DNA of 64,000 nucleotides from Octopus vulgaris (GCA_951406725.2 OX597814.1:136896001-136960000), one strand, 5' to 3'. Numbered from the stretch's first letter, positions 1 through 14,134 are shown. Notes: a model not told the origin generated them from the letters alone. Numbers and translations: made by a program.

Positions 1-344
1 GTAGCGATTTCCTATCAAAGCCTGCTATTTTCCATTTTCGTGTTGTATTATTTTATGTATACATAGAATACACTCTCATATCCCCACATCACCCCACACC
101 CCACACCCAACTCCTGACCCCCACACACCAAACTACACAACACCCTACACCACTACACCACATCACACCATCCCACACCACTCCGCACACATCAGCACTG
201 GCCACTTCCTACCACCTACACCATCAATACTTTATTATCTACTTTATTATCATCCACTCCTGTCAAGCCTTTTCTTTCTAATTAGTTGCCATGCTTGGCC
301 GCTAAATCCACAAGTTAAATTTTATTCTCTCTCTATTTTTTTGT

Positions 345-382
345 TCCTTCTGTTGAAGGGCGTAGGCTCGAAACGTAAAAGA
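345..382 (+). ncRNA. Degenerate minimal type I hammerhead ribozyme-like motif (probable PLE 3' end)
   Basis: TCCTT-CTGTTGA-A-GGGC-GTAG-GCTC-GAAA-CG-TA-AAAGA; core differs from CTGANGA at A6 and stem I is imperfect. Confidence 0.4.
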
Positions 383-483
383 CTTTTCCAATCTTCCGGA
401 GCGTTAAACTAGTGAACCTGTTTGTTGTTCCTACACCTGTCCTCGTCTTCTGTTTTCTATGAATTTGAACTATATGTATATGT

Positions 484-598
<115 letters not shown>

Positions 599-612
599 TA
601 CATACATATTCT

Positions 613-903
613 TTTCTTTTTTTCCGACCAGGCTACACATCGCTGGTCACAATGCACTTCGCATTGTTTTAGCCTTCAAATGACGCCACTCCGGTGGCTA
701 AGCAAGCAGGCCAACAGAAGAAAGAGTGAGAGAAAGTTGCGGCGAAAGAGTACAGCAGGGATCGCCACCATCCCCTGCCGGAGCATCGTGGAGCTTTAGA
801 TGTTTTCGCTCAATAAACACTCACAACGCCCGGCCTGGGAATCGAAACCGAGATCCTACGACAGCGAGTCCGCTGCCCTAACCACTGGGCCATTGCACCT
901 CCA
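613..903 (-). mobile_element. tRNA-derived SINE (local family A)
   Basis: Reverse complement has a tRNA-like head with A/B-box-like motifs; matches the copies at 12456-12765 (+) and 55145-55313 (-). Confidence 0.8.
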
Positions 904-914
904 CACATACATGC

Positions 915-972
<58 letters not shown>

Positions 973-994
973 AGAGACAGACAGACAGGCAGAC

Positions 995-1068
<74 letters not shown>

Positions 1069-1927
1069 GTAGGTAGGTAGGTAGGTAGGTAGGTAGGTAG
1101 GTAGGTAGGTAGGTAGGTAGGTAGGTAGGTAGGTAGGTAGGTAGATATAAACTTGTGTGTTCAGTTATTTGTACAACTACTCTAGTCGTACATATACATA
1201 CATACATACATACATACATACATACATACATACATACATACCTGCGTATATACAAACATCACAACGCTACACCACGTTGTTTGTTATGTTCAATGTGTCT
1301 TCCAGTGTATCATCATTTGTATGCCATGTACACGGAAAGCGCTACTGAGTAAACTCGAATTTCACTTCCTTTCAGCAGGACCCTGGCCTCCACGCCATCT
1401 GCAAAATTTCTCTCGTAATCAGACAGTAAAATCTTTGAAAATTTACATCCCATTCCCTCTTACTGTTCTTCATGCAAATGAGTTCAAACTTATGTTCCTT
1501 TTCGCTTTACTACTCTTTATACACAACGTTGACGTTTTCTTAGCTCTATCATTAAAACAGTTCTTGATCAAAGAGTAAATTACATTATATTTGCTTAATA
1601 TGTAGCAGACTACAATACTTTTACTTTGAAAGCATTTGAATATTTCTGCATTTCAATTTTATTGATGTTGATGCATCATCATGAATTGCAGGTAATACAT
1701 ATTTACAATGCTGTCTCAAGTTTCATTGCATTATCGTCCAGAGTTAGCATTTTGCCACGCTAGTCAATAACACCCACGTTTCTTCAGGCGTCCACACTTT
1801 ACAATATTAACGTTTCAAGAAGTAAAAAGCAATGGACAATAATCCAGAACGGTATTAAGTCATCATTAACGTCAACAGACAGCAGACATCTTAGTTAAAT
1901 AAATAGATAAATAAATGAATAAATAAA

Positions 1928-2084
1928 CAACGTGGTTGTGTGATAAAACATTTGCGTCCTGGCCACATGGTTCAGGGTTCGTTCCCACAGCATGACTCCT
2001 TTGTCAAGTGTCTTCTATAATAGTTCCGGACCGACCAAAGACTTGAGGGTGAATTCGCTTGACGGAAAGTGAAAAAATCCCGTC

Positions 2085-2126
<42 letters not shown>

Positions 2127-2460
2127 CATACATACATACATACATACATACATACATACATGTATGTGTGTGCGTATGTGTGTATGTATGTATGTATGTA
2201 TGTATGTATGTATGTATGTATGTATATGTATTTGTATATGTATATCTGTATGTATACATATATTTATATATATACATGTATGTAAGTATATTTATGTATG
2301 TGTCTGTGTGTTTGGACGCCACCACGGCTTGACAACTGGTATTAATTACTTAGTAGTTCGGTATAAACGAAGCGATAGAATAACTGTCTGGCTTAAAAAG
2401 CAAAGAAACACTGGGGTCGACTTGTTCACCTAAACCCTTCAAGTGGTGCTCCAGAAAAGA
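1928..2460 (+). mobile_element. tRNA-derived SINE (local family B, internal microsatellite), decayed
   Basis: Head CCACATGGTTCAGGGTTCG..., body GACGGAAA..., tail ...GTGGTGCTCCAG; similar to 27885-28295 and 49035-49527. Confidence 0.7.
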
Positions 2461-2499
2461 GAAATAAACAAACGTATAGGCATAGGCATGGCTGTAGCT

Positions 2500-4340
2500 T
2501 GCTTCTGCGCATGCGTTTGTTGGCAGTTGTTCATAGCACTGAATGAAGTCGTCTCGCTGGCTTGCAGCGGACGAAAATTGATTGTGAAAAAGACTCTGCT
2601 GTAAGGTAAGGTTTTTGCTTTTTGAGTTCAGTGGGAGTTTGTTGTTTGTGATATTTCTTTTGGTACAAGCAAGAGGTCCTCACTAGACTCTAGACTCTAG
2701 TTTGCCTGCAGTAGAGTATATAGTTTTTCTCACTTGATTATGAAAATTATTGTTTGGGGGCGTATCCTGCCTCCAAACTTAGTTCCGTGAATAGTGTTGT
2801 TCTCAATTAATTTTGAGAATTGGTCGCTTGGAAAGTTAGTTCATGCTGGTGAATAATTTTGTGGAATAATTTTGTGGAATAATACAACTGTTAAAAGCTG
2901 TGTTCCAGTTTCAAATTGAAGGCTGTGAATTTTTGGAATTCAACGAAGATACAACTACTGTGAAAAGCTATGAAAGTTGTAGCGCTCCAGTTTCAAATTG
3001 AAGGCCTGGAGTACCGTATAGCCAAAGGATTTTTTGCTGTGTTTTGAAATGTCGCCCTCTCTTCTATCTTTCATTTTGAAACTCTTTATTGAACTGTTTA
3101 TTTTTTTCCTACTTCCTTTTGGCCGGAACTTTCTTTCTTTTTGATTTTTCTCTCTAATTGTTTGAACTTTCTGAACTGTTTTTGAACTGTTTAATTTATC
3201 ATGACAAAGAACAAAGAAAAAATTGTAGAGTGAGAGATAATGCCATCCAAGCAAAGGATGGAAGAGTCTGAAAAGAAGACGGTGGTGTTGAGGACTTACT
3301 CCAAGTCCCTCGACACCATCGACGTCTTCGAGAAAAATTTTATAGAAAAAGAGTTGGCTGAATATATGTCAACTATTAAGTACATCTCTAGGAGCGGGGT
3401 CAAATACACAACCGTGTAGTTGCTATTTGACACCCCCGAAGAGGCTCGCAAATTCGCGAGCCAACCGGTGAGGGCAGAGAAATTTTGTTTCTTCCCACTT
3501 ATTGTGGGAAGAAGTTGACGAGAGCTTGGGTCTGTGGTTTGCCACCCGGAACTGAACCCGAGTGGATAGAGAATACTATCTGCCGGGGTCTGGGTGACAG
3601 CAGTAGCAAGCTTCTCAACGTAAATATCTTGCCTGCGGCTGATTGGGAGAGATCAAAAGTTGTTTTGACCCTATGGACCAATCAGCCAAAAATCTGGTGA
3701 AGACCTCGAAAAAAGGAAAAAAGAAATGTGTGCAACAATGGTTGCCCACCAACAGATCCGAAGGCTACGGAAGGGAAGGAAGATCTTCCGGACAAAACGG
3801 AAGAACTCCACCCTCCATGGCTCAAGGAATAAAGAAGAAAAAGAAAAAAAAACGGGACATTGCCGACGGTTTGTGACACACTGCTGGCATGTCCCGAAAC
3901 ACCTACGGTGGGAATTGTGCCACCGAAGTTTGAAACTGTAGGCCTTTCCCATGCTAAGGGAGGGCCATTGGAAAGCTTCGTAAAGAAGTTTAAAAAGAAA
4001 GGCCGAATGGAAGGGATTCTATCCTACACGGAGGTCCTTGACTGGCCTTCGGGAGACCGATTTGTGCAGGGTGATGGACTCCTTCCCCGAGGACACCTTT
4101 AGATTCATGTTAAAATGGCCCGATTTGGCACCGTCCAGATGTTTGAATGAGGCGAGGAGCCTGGTCGGGCATGAAAGTTCAAACTAAAAGTAAGAGGCTT
4201 AGTGCCTAATTTTTGTTTTTGAATTGTAAAAAATGTAAGAGATTTGTTACCTCGTAAATGAATTTTCATATTGAACTGTGAAAAATGTAAGAGGTGAAAA
4301 ATGCCTCGTAAATGTAATATAAAAGAGCAATGTTCTCGAG
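2500..4340 (+). mobile_element. Decayed non-LTR retroelement with ORF1-like remnant (possibly L1/Tx1 group)
   Basis: Frame from ATG 3240: MPSKQRMEESEKKTVVLRTYSKSLDTIDVFEK...TV*LLFDTPEEARKFASQP, then a frameshift into LPTYCGKKLTRAWVCGLPPGTEPEW; GC-richer than flanks; broken by stops and frameshifts. Confidence 0.4.
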
Positions 4341-4475
4341 TAAGCAGCAATCGGCGGGCGTTGCTTGTTGCCCCCATATATCATCATTTTTCATTTGTCA
4401 TTTCATAACATTATGTCGCTGTCCAGCCCGTAGCTTTTCTATGTAAGGCCTTCATGGCCAATATAATGAATAAAA

Positions 4476-4814
4476 GAGGCTTGCTTCCCAACCACATGGT
4501 ACTGGGTTCAGTTTCACAGCGTAGAACCTTGGCCAAGTGTCTTCTACTATAGTTTCGGGCCGAGCAAAGCCTTGTGAGTGAACGTGCTTGATGGAAACTG
4601 TGTGACTGTGTGGTAAGAAGCTTGAAGCCTACTTTCCAGCTACATGGTTCCGGTGTCAGTCTTCTACTATACCCAAGGGGCGACCATAGCTTTGCGAAAG
4701 GATTTGGTAGACGGAAACTGAGAGAAGCCCGTCGTGTATGTGTGCGTGTCTGGGTGTGTGTGTGTGTGTATGTGTGACTCACCACCGCTTGACAACCGGT
4801 GTGTGTGTGTGTGC

Positions 4815-4904
<90 letters not shown>

Positions 4905-5105
4905 ACGTGCGCGTGTGTCCCACGACCGCTTGACAACCGGTATGTGTATGTCCTGTAACTTAGAGGTTCGGCAAAAGAAGCCAATAGAATACATACCAGA
5001 CTTTTAAAAAAGTACTGGGGTCGATTCATTCAACGAAAATTGTTCATGGTGGTGCCCCAGCATGGCAGCCGTTTAATGACTGAAACAAACAAAAGAGTGA
5101 AAGAG
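4476..5105 (+). mobile_element. SINE family B with duplicated head and (GT)n expansion
   Basis: Two successive heads (...CACATGGTACTGGGTTCAG and ...CTACATGGTTCCGG), tail GGTGGTGCCCCAGCATGGC...TGACTGAAAC. Confidence 0.75.
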
Positions 5106-5136
<31 letters not shown>

Positions 5137-5419
5137 GTATCAGTGTATGTATTATGTATGTATTATGAATGCATGTGTGTGTATGCGTATGTGTGTGTGG
5201 AGTGGTAGTGGCTGTATGTGTGTGTGTGTGTAACTTTATATACAGGATGGAACATAAAACGTTCCTCATAAGTTGCACACGAATTTTTTTAATGTTTCTA
5301 ATTGTATTTGTGACAAGGTTTTGAATTACAATTTAAAATAACTTTTATGCAACTAATGGCCCACCCTATAAATGACTGAGTATACATGCATACATGCATA
5401 CATATATATCTATCTACCT

Positions 5420-5467
<48 letters not shown>

Positions 5468-5511
5468 TACATATATATATTATAAATATATACTTTACAA
5501 TGTGTGTATAG

Positions 5512-5542
<31 letters not shown>

Positions 5543-5594
5543 CACATACTTGTATATATATATATATGTGTGTGTGTATAAATATATATATGTA

Positions 5595-5637
<43 letters not shown>

Positions 5638-5710
5638 GTCTATAGATATTTACGTGTATATTTGTGTGTATTTATATACATGTGTATTCATTCGTATAAA
5701 AAATATTCGT

Positions 5711-5750
<40 letters not shown>

Positions 5751-5938
5751 ACACACACACATATATATATATAATTTTCATTATTTGTCAATATAATGTG
5801 CCAGTCGTAGTTAGGACGATTGTTACGGTTATCTAGCCCCAGAAAACACCGTCTCCAGTTGGCTATACGACACACTATCTGCGTCCTTATATTTTCGAAC
5901 AAGGAAGTTTAGCGTCTCCACTCACCTCAAAGCAATAT

Positions 5939-5980
5939 CGCGTACCAAATGTTTCTGAGTTATTTCTCATCATCAGCACA
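5939..5980 (-). ncRNA. Minimal type I hammerhead ribozyme motif
   Basis: Minus strand: TGTG-CTGATGA-TGAG-AAATAA-CTCA-GAAA-C-ATTTG-G-TA-CGCG; intact core, 4-bp stem II, GUA cleavage triplet. Confidence 0.6.
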
Positions 5981-6599
5981 GAATAACTGCTCGGCTGGAG
6001 ATGGTGCCACTAAACTCTTGTTCGAAATACATACTTTTCAAAATGCCCTTATGCAAACATCTCTCACTTTACGGAAGCGTTGTGTTTCTGAAAATCTTGG
6101 GTAATACCGGATTCCGTTAGCTGAAGCCTATTTTCCATTTCTATGTTAAACGAAAGTCGAGCGAACTTCCATGTAATATGGAACGGTAAATAAGTAGCAA
6201 ATCAGTGGGATTTGCGTTTCGCATTACAGAATACTACGTTACGGCAAGAGTTTCGGGAATGCAACATTTCTGTAATGTGGTGTATGCGTTGTATATACGG
6301 GGTGTCATGACTAAGTGGACGATTTGTTATGTCTCCTTTTGTTAGATGCCATTTGATGTACTGGAGAACAATAAACGGCATTGGAGAATGTAAAGACTGA
6401 AATTGTAGGTGAGTAAAAGTTAGTTGGCATGCAGGACTGGGCACCATCTGAATACTGGAAAAGACTTTTCTATATCATGATGATTCGTGATGGGTATCAA
6501 AATACTGACATTATGACTGCTGCCGAATCTCTGTGGACACTATAAAGACTAAGACGTTACATGGACATCAAGAAAACCCAGTTCCCTCAAGTGAGATTG

Positions 6600-7025
6600 A
6601 CGTCACGCTGCCCCATGTCTTTGAACAGTTCTTGGGCTCAAATCAGCTATATGAAGCTGTGTGAGACTGTGGTCAAACGCTGACTGGAGAGGATTGCTGC
6701 TGCTAGGATGCCATACATGTGGCAGCGAAATTCGGTTTCTGGCCATGCCTCCGGAAAGAGTCAGAAGAGGTTGTCTGAGAATTTCTTCAACTTCACCAGC
6801 TCAATTCCCCCCTAATTCCCTCGACTATAATCTCTGGATTATTATGTGTGGGGCGCGGTTGAGAAAGAGACCAACCATTCTGCCTGTAACACCAACGCTG
6901 AGCTGGTGGCCAAGATCAAGGAGGTGCTTGAAGGTTTTCCCAGAGATACAGGGAGAAATGCTTGCGCAAGTTCCTTGAGTCCTCTTGGAGCCGTGGTGGA
7001 AGCTGAGGGTGGCTACTTTAAGTAT
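6600..7025 (+). pseudogene. Tc1/mariner-superfamily transposase C-terminal remnant
   Basis: Frameshifted PPNSLDYN/DYYVWGAVEKETNHSACNTNAELVAKIKEV...AVVEAEGGYFK matches the PPNSPDxNPLDYxxWG and ..GG.FE motifs. Confidence 0.75.
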
Positions 7026-7761
7026 GCTTTTATATCCCAGCGACAATCTAGTAGAATGCTTCTCAACCATTTTTTGCTTATGGATTCCTTTGATTCATAT
7101 TTTACTCAACTGGACCTCCATAACCATTCGATGCTTTTTTTTTAAATTCAATTACATTTTTATAATTAAATATTATTAAGAATTGTATAAAAAAAAGTAT
7201 TTTTGTGTATTGTAGAAGTATAAGCAATTTATTGCACATAAATTCTGACAAAAAAAAAGCTTATGTGGATCTCACAAAGACCATGTAGATTCCTCTAAGT
7301 GCCATGTAGATCCCCCAAGAGCCATGTGGATCCCGGCTGAGAACCACTGATCTTGTTGATATTTTGACATTTTAAAAATATTTTTATTTTTGCATGGAAT
7401 GATGTTTCCTTTTCATTTTATGCAAACTGTCAAATTTAACCCGAACAGCTTGTAAATAATTAGTCGAAGAATATATGTGGTAAATGCAGTAAATTATTTG
7501 ACCTTCGAAATCAGCAATATCTATCAATGGGTTAACTTGCACTTTTCCAGAAAATCTACTATATTTTCCTGTCAGGTAAATGAACCCGCAAATGAACACA
7601 GGCAACTTAGAACAAAGTTCTCTGCTTATAAATGTAAAACGCCCACAATAAATTTTAATTCACAATCAATTTATCACGTACGCCTATTCTGTTACAGCAG
7701 CAGTTTCAAGCATTGATATAAACCAATGCTTTCGCACAAGCAACCAATTAGGAATAAAATA

Positions 7762-7827
<66 letters not shown>

Positions 7828-8174
7828 TTTAATACATAAGCGTTGACCTCAGAATACTGACCGCGCCCTTGTTTCCTAAATGGCGATAATGTAGCCATTC
7901 CTTTTGGGAATGAACAAATTGCATCGTTGAGATTAACCGCCATAAAGTGTTCCAGATTTACTGAATAATGCAGTCGGGGGTAATAGCTTAAAGAAAATGC
8001 AGACGAGGTATAAACGTGTTTGCAACCATAAAAAAAAGCATAATCATCTTATTGGTAAATAATATAAAGGGGGAGGTAATACATAAGAATGAGTAAAAGT
8101 TGCTGATTTTGAAGAGATGGAATTTTTTACTTCAGAAATATTTGAAATAACGTTATCATAATGACCTGTGAAAT

Positions 8175-8605
8175 GTGGCTAGCTGGCAGAAACGTTCCTG
8201 TGCCAGACAATACTAAGTGGCATTTCTTCAGGCCTTACCTTCTAAGTTCAAATTCCGCTGAGGCCAACTTTACCTTTCATCCTTACTAGGTCGAGGAAAT
8301 AAGTACTAGTTGAATACTGAGGTCGATGTAATCGACCAACCTCTCCTCCAAAAATTCAGGTCTTGTACCTATAGAAGAAATGATTATTATAACGGATGAA
8401 AGGCGACTAGCCGGCCGAATCGGTACCGCGACTGACAAAATGCTTAGCGGCCTTTCTTCTGGCCTTATCTTCTGAGTTCAAATTCCATTGAGGTTGGTTT
8501 TGCCTTTCGTCCTTTCGGGGTCGATTAAATTGAGTACGTTTACTACTGCAGTCAATATAATCGATTTCCGTCAAAATCGCTAGCCAAAACTAGAAAGAAT
8601 TATTA
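8175..8605 (+). mobile_element. Two tandem decayed SINEs (local family C)
   Basis: Both contain AGTTCAAATTCC...GAGG...CCTTTC...GTCGA...AGTAC, the body seen in many copies in this window. Confidence 0.7.
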
Positions 8606-8670
8606 TGACCAATGAAAATTTCCACGACGTTTGTTTTACCATGTCCTATTAGATAGTAATTTGGCGGCTA

Positions 8671-8903
8671 ACCCAATCAACCAGAATAATAATATGTAAA
8701 GTAAGAATAAGATGTGACCGTCCTGCTCAAATTTCATGATGTTGTTTCGTGGATAATTTCCTTCGTGTTTTTTTTTTTATTTTTGCCTAGAAATTAACAG
8801 GTCCACCAGAATATTCTATATCCACGAAACAACATCATGAAATTTGAGCAGGACGGTCACATCTTATTCTTACTTTACATATTATTATTCTGGTTGATTG
8901 GGT
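8671..8903. repeat. Perfect 85-bp inverted repeat with 63-bp spacer
   Basis: 8671-8755 is the exact reverse complement of 8819-8903. Confidence 0.95.
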
Positions 8904-9920
8904 AGAAAATGCCACTCAAAATTTTAAAAGATCTATCATGTGTTTTGCGAAGGTTAAGACTAGTAAGAAATGTTATCTAATAGAAAGCTAGCAATGTCAG
9001 GACAATAATAAGAATTTGTATGAACATTTATAGCAATGAACCAACGAGAGGAGCATATAAACTGCCATTCGACCTGTTAGAAATAACAGCTAAATCTGTT
9101 TTTGATCATAAGTCTGGTTTAAGATCTTTAACAAAAAAATAGGGAGACCACAGTGTAAAGTGTTGTTTCTGATATACAAGGGTATACGAATATAAGAGAT
9201 GGTCATTGCTGGTATGCCTTTGATCATGGGCCTCCTTTGCCTAGGGATAAACAACAACAGCGAAATGCCATCAACATTAATTATAGAGAGTAACTTACCC
9301 TAAAGCTGTTGATGCTAACTACTAAAACAGTGTCAACAATTTTATGTTCGGATAACTGGACGTCGACGAAGTTTAGAATAATTAAGCTAGAATTTCCTCA
9401 TACTTTAAGTTAAAAGCAAAATTTCCGCATTTATTGAAGGAAATTTCATTCATCAGAAATAATGTGTGCAGTCTGAATGAAGCTATTGAAAAACCTAATG
9501 CTGAGTTAAATGAGGTATTTATGCTTTCTAGGCATTTCACTGCTACTTCCTGTTGTGGTACCAGTCAGACCGGAAGAAGGCCGAGAACGAACTTAGTTTC
9601 TCAGTCATTATCTTCTAGTCTTCCTGGACACTTTCCTATTACTAATAATTACTCTGTTTTCATTAAATAACACGGCTTTAATGAAGACTTGTTTAGATTA
9701 ACATTTATTCCCACAAACCGTCTCTAGTCAGTTGATTGTAGCCACCTTTACAGCATATCACAGTACATCAGAGTACATCGTTGTACAGTAAGATGTCGCG
9801 CGGTACATTAAGTAACAGTAATGCGCAATAGTATACAGTGTTACACAATAATACTGAAATTACTCAATTTCTATAACAGCACAAATGATATTTATTTCAT
9901 GTGTTTGTGTAGGATTAAAT

Positions 9921-10233
9921 CAGGTGTTGGAGGAACTTTTTTAACCAATTACCCCAAAATATATTTATTTACGCCGACGTTTAACACCCCCCCTCTCGAT
10001 TTGAAAGGAAGGAAATCATAGATTCTTTGAATTCAAAAGGTTTATTGGATCTATTTTATTGAATCTACTTATATGAATCTATTTACACGTCTGTTACATT
10101 GAACAAATGCAGTGTTGCCAGAAGAAATATTTTTGTAACAAGGAACACGTTTTTTTATGTAATTTTACTTATGTCTAATGAGTCCTCATTACCCCCCAAG
10201 AATTTCTTTTTTACCCCGGTTGGCCGACCCCTG
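9921..10233. mobile_element. hAT-type MITE
   Basis: Imperfect termini CAGGTGTTGG.../...CCGACCCCTG flanked by the 8-bp direct repeat GATTAAAT (9913-9920, 10234-10241). Confidence 0.75.
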
Positions 10234-10313
10234 GATTAAATGTATTGGGGAGACTAGAATACGAGGCGCAGCACCTTAACAAAACCTTCCTAAAATAAAA
10301 AATCTACCAAAGA

Positions 10314-10397
<84 letters not shown>

Positions 10398-10624
10398 TAT
10401 CTCTAATTTGTTCTATATTTTTAGAAATGTTCATTTATAGTAATGTTGCATAAATTGAACTTTATTTCTTGTGAATAGCATACGAACTACAGATGACCAA
10501 GTCATGAGAATATCGAACTACAAGTTCAGTTAATTTTTCATTTAAGATATATTTTATTCATCTCTTGAATAATACAGGGAAGTAACGTAACTCACTTTAT
10601 ATAGGAACCTGGGTCTCTATAATA

Positions 10625-10833
10625 TTGATTTCAAATTTTGGTTCAAGGTCAGCAACTCTAGAGGAGGCGGTAAGTCGATTACACTGACCCCAGTGCTCAA
10701 CTGGTACTTATTTTATAGACCCCGAAAGGCAAAATCGACCTCGGCGAGATTTGAACTCAGAACGTAAAGATGGGCGAAACGTCGCTAAAGCATTTTGCCT
10801 GGCCTGCTAACAATTCTGCCAGATCACCGCCTA
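10625..10833 (-). mobile_element. SINE family C
   Basis: Contains GACCCCGAAAGGCAAAATCGACCTCGGCGAGATTTGAACTCAGAACG...TCTGCCAG. Confidence 0.75.
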
Positions 10834-11472
10834 ATTTCTTTAAAAAGTGGCCAGAAAGCCGTTACAGAGAATCGAACGCTGTACCTCTGTAATTCCGACT
10901 GACCGCTCTGTACTACGGGTGTCTCTATAATATTAATGGGAGTTTCTATAGCTTACAGTTCTCAGTTCAACACTTTGATGAATAAGATAATCAGTAGGAT
11001 TGATAGGAAAGTTAGTGATAATTTTCGTTGATATGATTTGAAATGGAAATATCAACAGCAAATATAAACCATTTTATTCCAAATATTTTTCTTCCTGTTT
11101 TTATCTTTTTTCATTCTTTTTTCCCCAGTATCCTCCATAGGCTTGGTTAAGAACGGCATAAGCTCCACCAAGTTAAAACAACGAACATTCTGATGTTTAT
11201 TGTTTGTTGTTAGGAACACAACCAGAATATAACATAGTGTTTAACAAGAAAAATATAACCATACGTAAAATAAATAGTTCTTTCATTGAACGGAAATGAA
11301 ACCTGTTTTTAAATAGGGTCAACGACCTGAATCACACGTCAGACTGACGTCAGTTTATCGTTTCACCTCTATCAAACCATTTGTGTTCACTTTTATCGTT
11401 TGCCCTGGTGTCAGATATAAAAGTGTCGGGTTGGTTCAGTGTCGAGAGAGTGACAACAGATGATAGGAGGGT

Positions 11473-11560
<88 letters not shown>

Positions 11561-11628
11561 CGGACGAACAACGGACGGACGGACGGACGGACAGACAGAC
11601 AGACAGACAGACAGATAGACAGACAGAC

Positions 11629-11687
<59 letters not shown>

Positions 11688-12346
11688 CAGACACACAGAC
11701 AGACGCACAAACACACAAACACACAGATATGTAAACGCCATACAGATTGCATCACCACAGTTTTGAATGAAACTTTATATGGATTATTTTATAATTTACA
11801 TATTTTAGAATTTAGAAGTTTTAGATGACATATAGCTGTTCCTGATTTATTAATTCAGCATATATGGAGCACGTCTGTCAATACAAATCTCTGAAACAGT
11901 AAATCTGCTAGTATATGCACAAAAATCTACAGATATACAAACAGCTTTTAGACATTATATGATTAGCTTAAGCTAGCAATGAAAATTCCTAGACAACCTT
12001 CTAAATGATGTTCTGCGAACAACAAAAAAACTGAGTGCATGGACTTGTTCGCTAGGAAACATGTAATTCAGATGGAAGAGCTTATCCACAAAATCACTTG
12101 CTCAGCAAGAATGATAGCAAACTTTTACTGCCATCTTTTCTCTTTCTCTGATCAATCTACTTAGACAATTTTCAATTTCCCAGTCTACGTGAGCGAATTC
12201 ACTATATCAAGTATAATCTCACTCAAACATGTACGCACTCGTTCAGTCACACATATACACACAAACACACACACACACAAAAGCACACAACATACTCATA
12301 CACACACATACTCATACACACACACATATATATGTATGTATACATA

Positions 12347-12387
<41 letters not shown>

Positions 12388-12389
12388 GC

Positions 12390-12455
<66 letters not shown>

Positions 12456-12457
<2 letters not shown>

Positions 12458-12765
12458 AGGCGCAATGGCCAAGTGGTTAGGGCAGCAGACTCGCGGTCGT
12501 AGGATCGCGGTTTCGATTCCCAGACCGGGCGTTGTGAGTGTTTATTGAGCGAAAACACCTAAGAGCTCTACGAGGCTCCGGCAGGGGGTGGTGATCCCTG
12601 GTGTACTCTTTCACCACTCTTTCTCCCACTCTTTCTTCTGTTGGCCTGCTCGCTTAGCCAGCGGGGTGGCGTCATTCGAAGGCTAAAACAATACGAACGC
12701 ATTGTGACCAGCGATGTGTAACTACATCTGATGGACTGGTCGGTCACGAGATGATGGTGATATAT
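12456..12765 (+). mobile_element. tRNA-derived SINE family A, near full length
   Basis: GGAGGCGCAATGGCCAAGTGGTTAG (A box) ... GGTTTCGATTCCC (B box), followed by the family body. Confidence 0.85.
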
Positions 12766-12780
12766 ATATATATATGTATG

Positions 12781-12863
<83 letters not shown>

Positions 12864-13130
12864 ATAGATATATATATATACATATTAAATTTAGGGTAAA
12901 AATTGATATTTATCAATTAGAACCAGTGGTCTAGCATATTAAAGAAAGAATCCGAAGATTAAAATATTTATATATACCAATTAAGGACTGAACACGAAAA
13001 AGTGGACAGTCAACATGCTAGATATAGACGTCAAATCGCCATTCTCCACAAAAAGTCTATGTTCTCAGATCAAATTCAACACAAAACCAAAACAATAAAC
13101 AAGTGAAAAATATACGAAATAAATATTTAC

Positions 13131-13196
13131 CCATGTACTAAATTCAGTTTCGGCTGTTATTTTCCGTAAGGAAAAGTGCAGCCATCATTAGCATGG
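13131..13196 (-). ncRNA. Hammerhead ribozyme, array copy A (core mutated to CTAATGA, probably inactive)
   Basis: Same as the other copies but G5>A in the CUGANGA box. Confidence 0.75.
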
Positions 13197-13642
13197 TCCC
13201 ATATAAAATGTAATTTGCTGTACTAAATGCCAACACGATACCGAAATATCGCGTGCATGGAGTACGGCCTATTACATTTGAAATATATATTTCAAATGTC
13301 TCTAATTTTGGCGCGATGAGACCCGAGAAAACTAGCCTGCAGCTAATAGTTAGCAGCAGTTAATTTATCGGTTAGAGAACAAATATTTATATAACATTAA
13401 ATTTAGGGTAAAAATTGATATTTATCAATTAGAACCAGTGGTCTAGCATATTAAAGAAAGAATCCGAAGATTAAAATATTTATATATACCAATTAAGGAC
13501 TGAACACGAAAAAGTGGACAGTCAACATGCTAGATATAGACGTCAAATCGCCATTCTTCACAAAAAGTCTATGTTCTCAGATCAAACTCAACACAAAACC
13601 AAAACAATAAACAAGTGAAAAATATACGAAGTAAATATTTAC

Positions 13643-13708
13643 CCATGTACTAAATTCAGTTTCGGCTGTTATTTTCCGTAAGGAAAAGTGCAGCCATCAT
13701 CAGCATGG
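13643..13708 (-). ncRNA. Hammerhead ribozyme type I, array copy B
   Basis: CCATG-CTGATGA-T-GGCTG-[CACTTTTCCTTACGGAAAATAA]-CAGCC-GAAA-CTGAATTTAG-TA-CATGG. Confidence 0.85.
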
Positions 13709-14134
13709 TCCCATATAAAATGTAATTTGCTGTACTAAATGCCAACACGATACCGAAATATCGCGTGCATGGAGTACGGCCTATTACATTTGAAATATAT
13801 ATTTCAAATGTCTCTAATTTTGGCGCGATGAGACCCGAGAAAACTAGCCTGCAGCTAATAGTTAGCAGCAGTTAATTTATCGGTTAGAGAACAAATATTT
13901 ATATAACATTAAATTTAGGGTAAAAATTGATATTTATCAATTAGAACCAGTGGTCTAGCATATTAAAGAAAGAATCCGAAGATTAAAATATTTATATATA
14001 CCACTCGGGTCTCATCGCGCCAAAATTAGAGACATTTGAAATATATATTTCAAATGTAATAGGCCGTACTCCATGCACGCGATATTTCGGTATCGTGTTG
14101 GCATTTAGTACAGCAAATTACATTTTATATGGGA

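Noticed and set aside
1310-1455. Short minus-strand frame beginning MGCKFSK (myristoylation-like)
   Set aside because: Under 50 codons, with no independent support
12456-12530. tRNA gene
   Set aside because: The tRNA-like region continues into a multi-copy SINE body; no complete cloverleaf or terminator
12890-12896. TTAGGG telomere-like hexamer at element ends (also near 44317)
   Set aside because: Single copies only; explained as part of the CCCTA terminal signature
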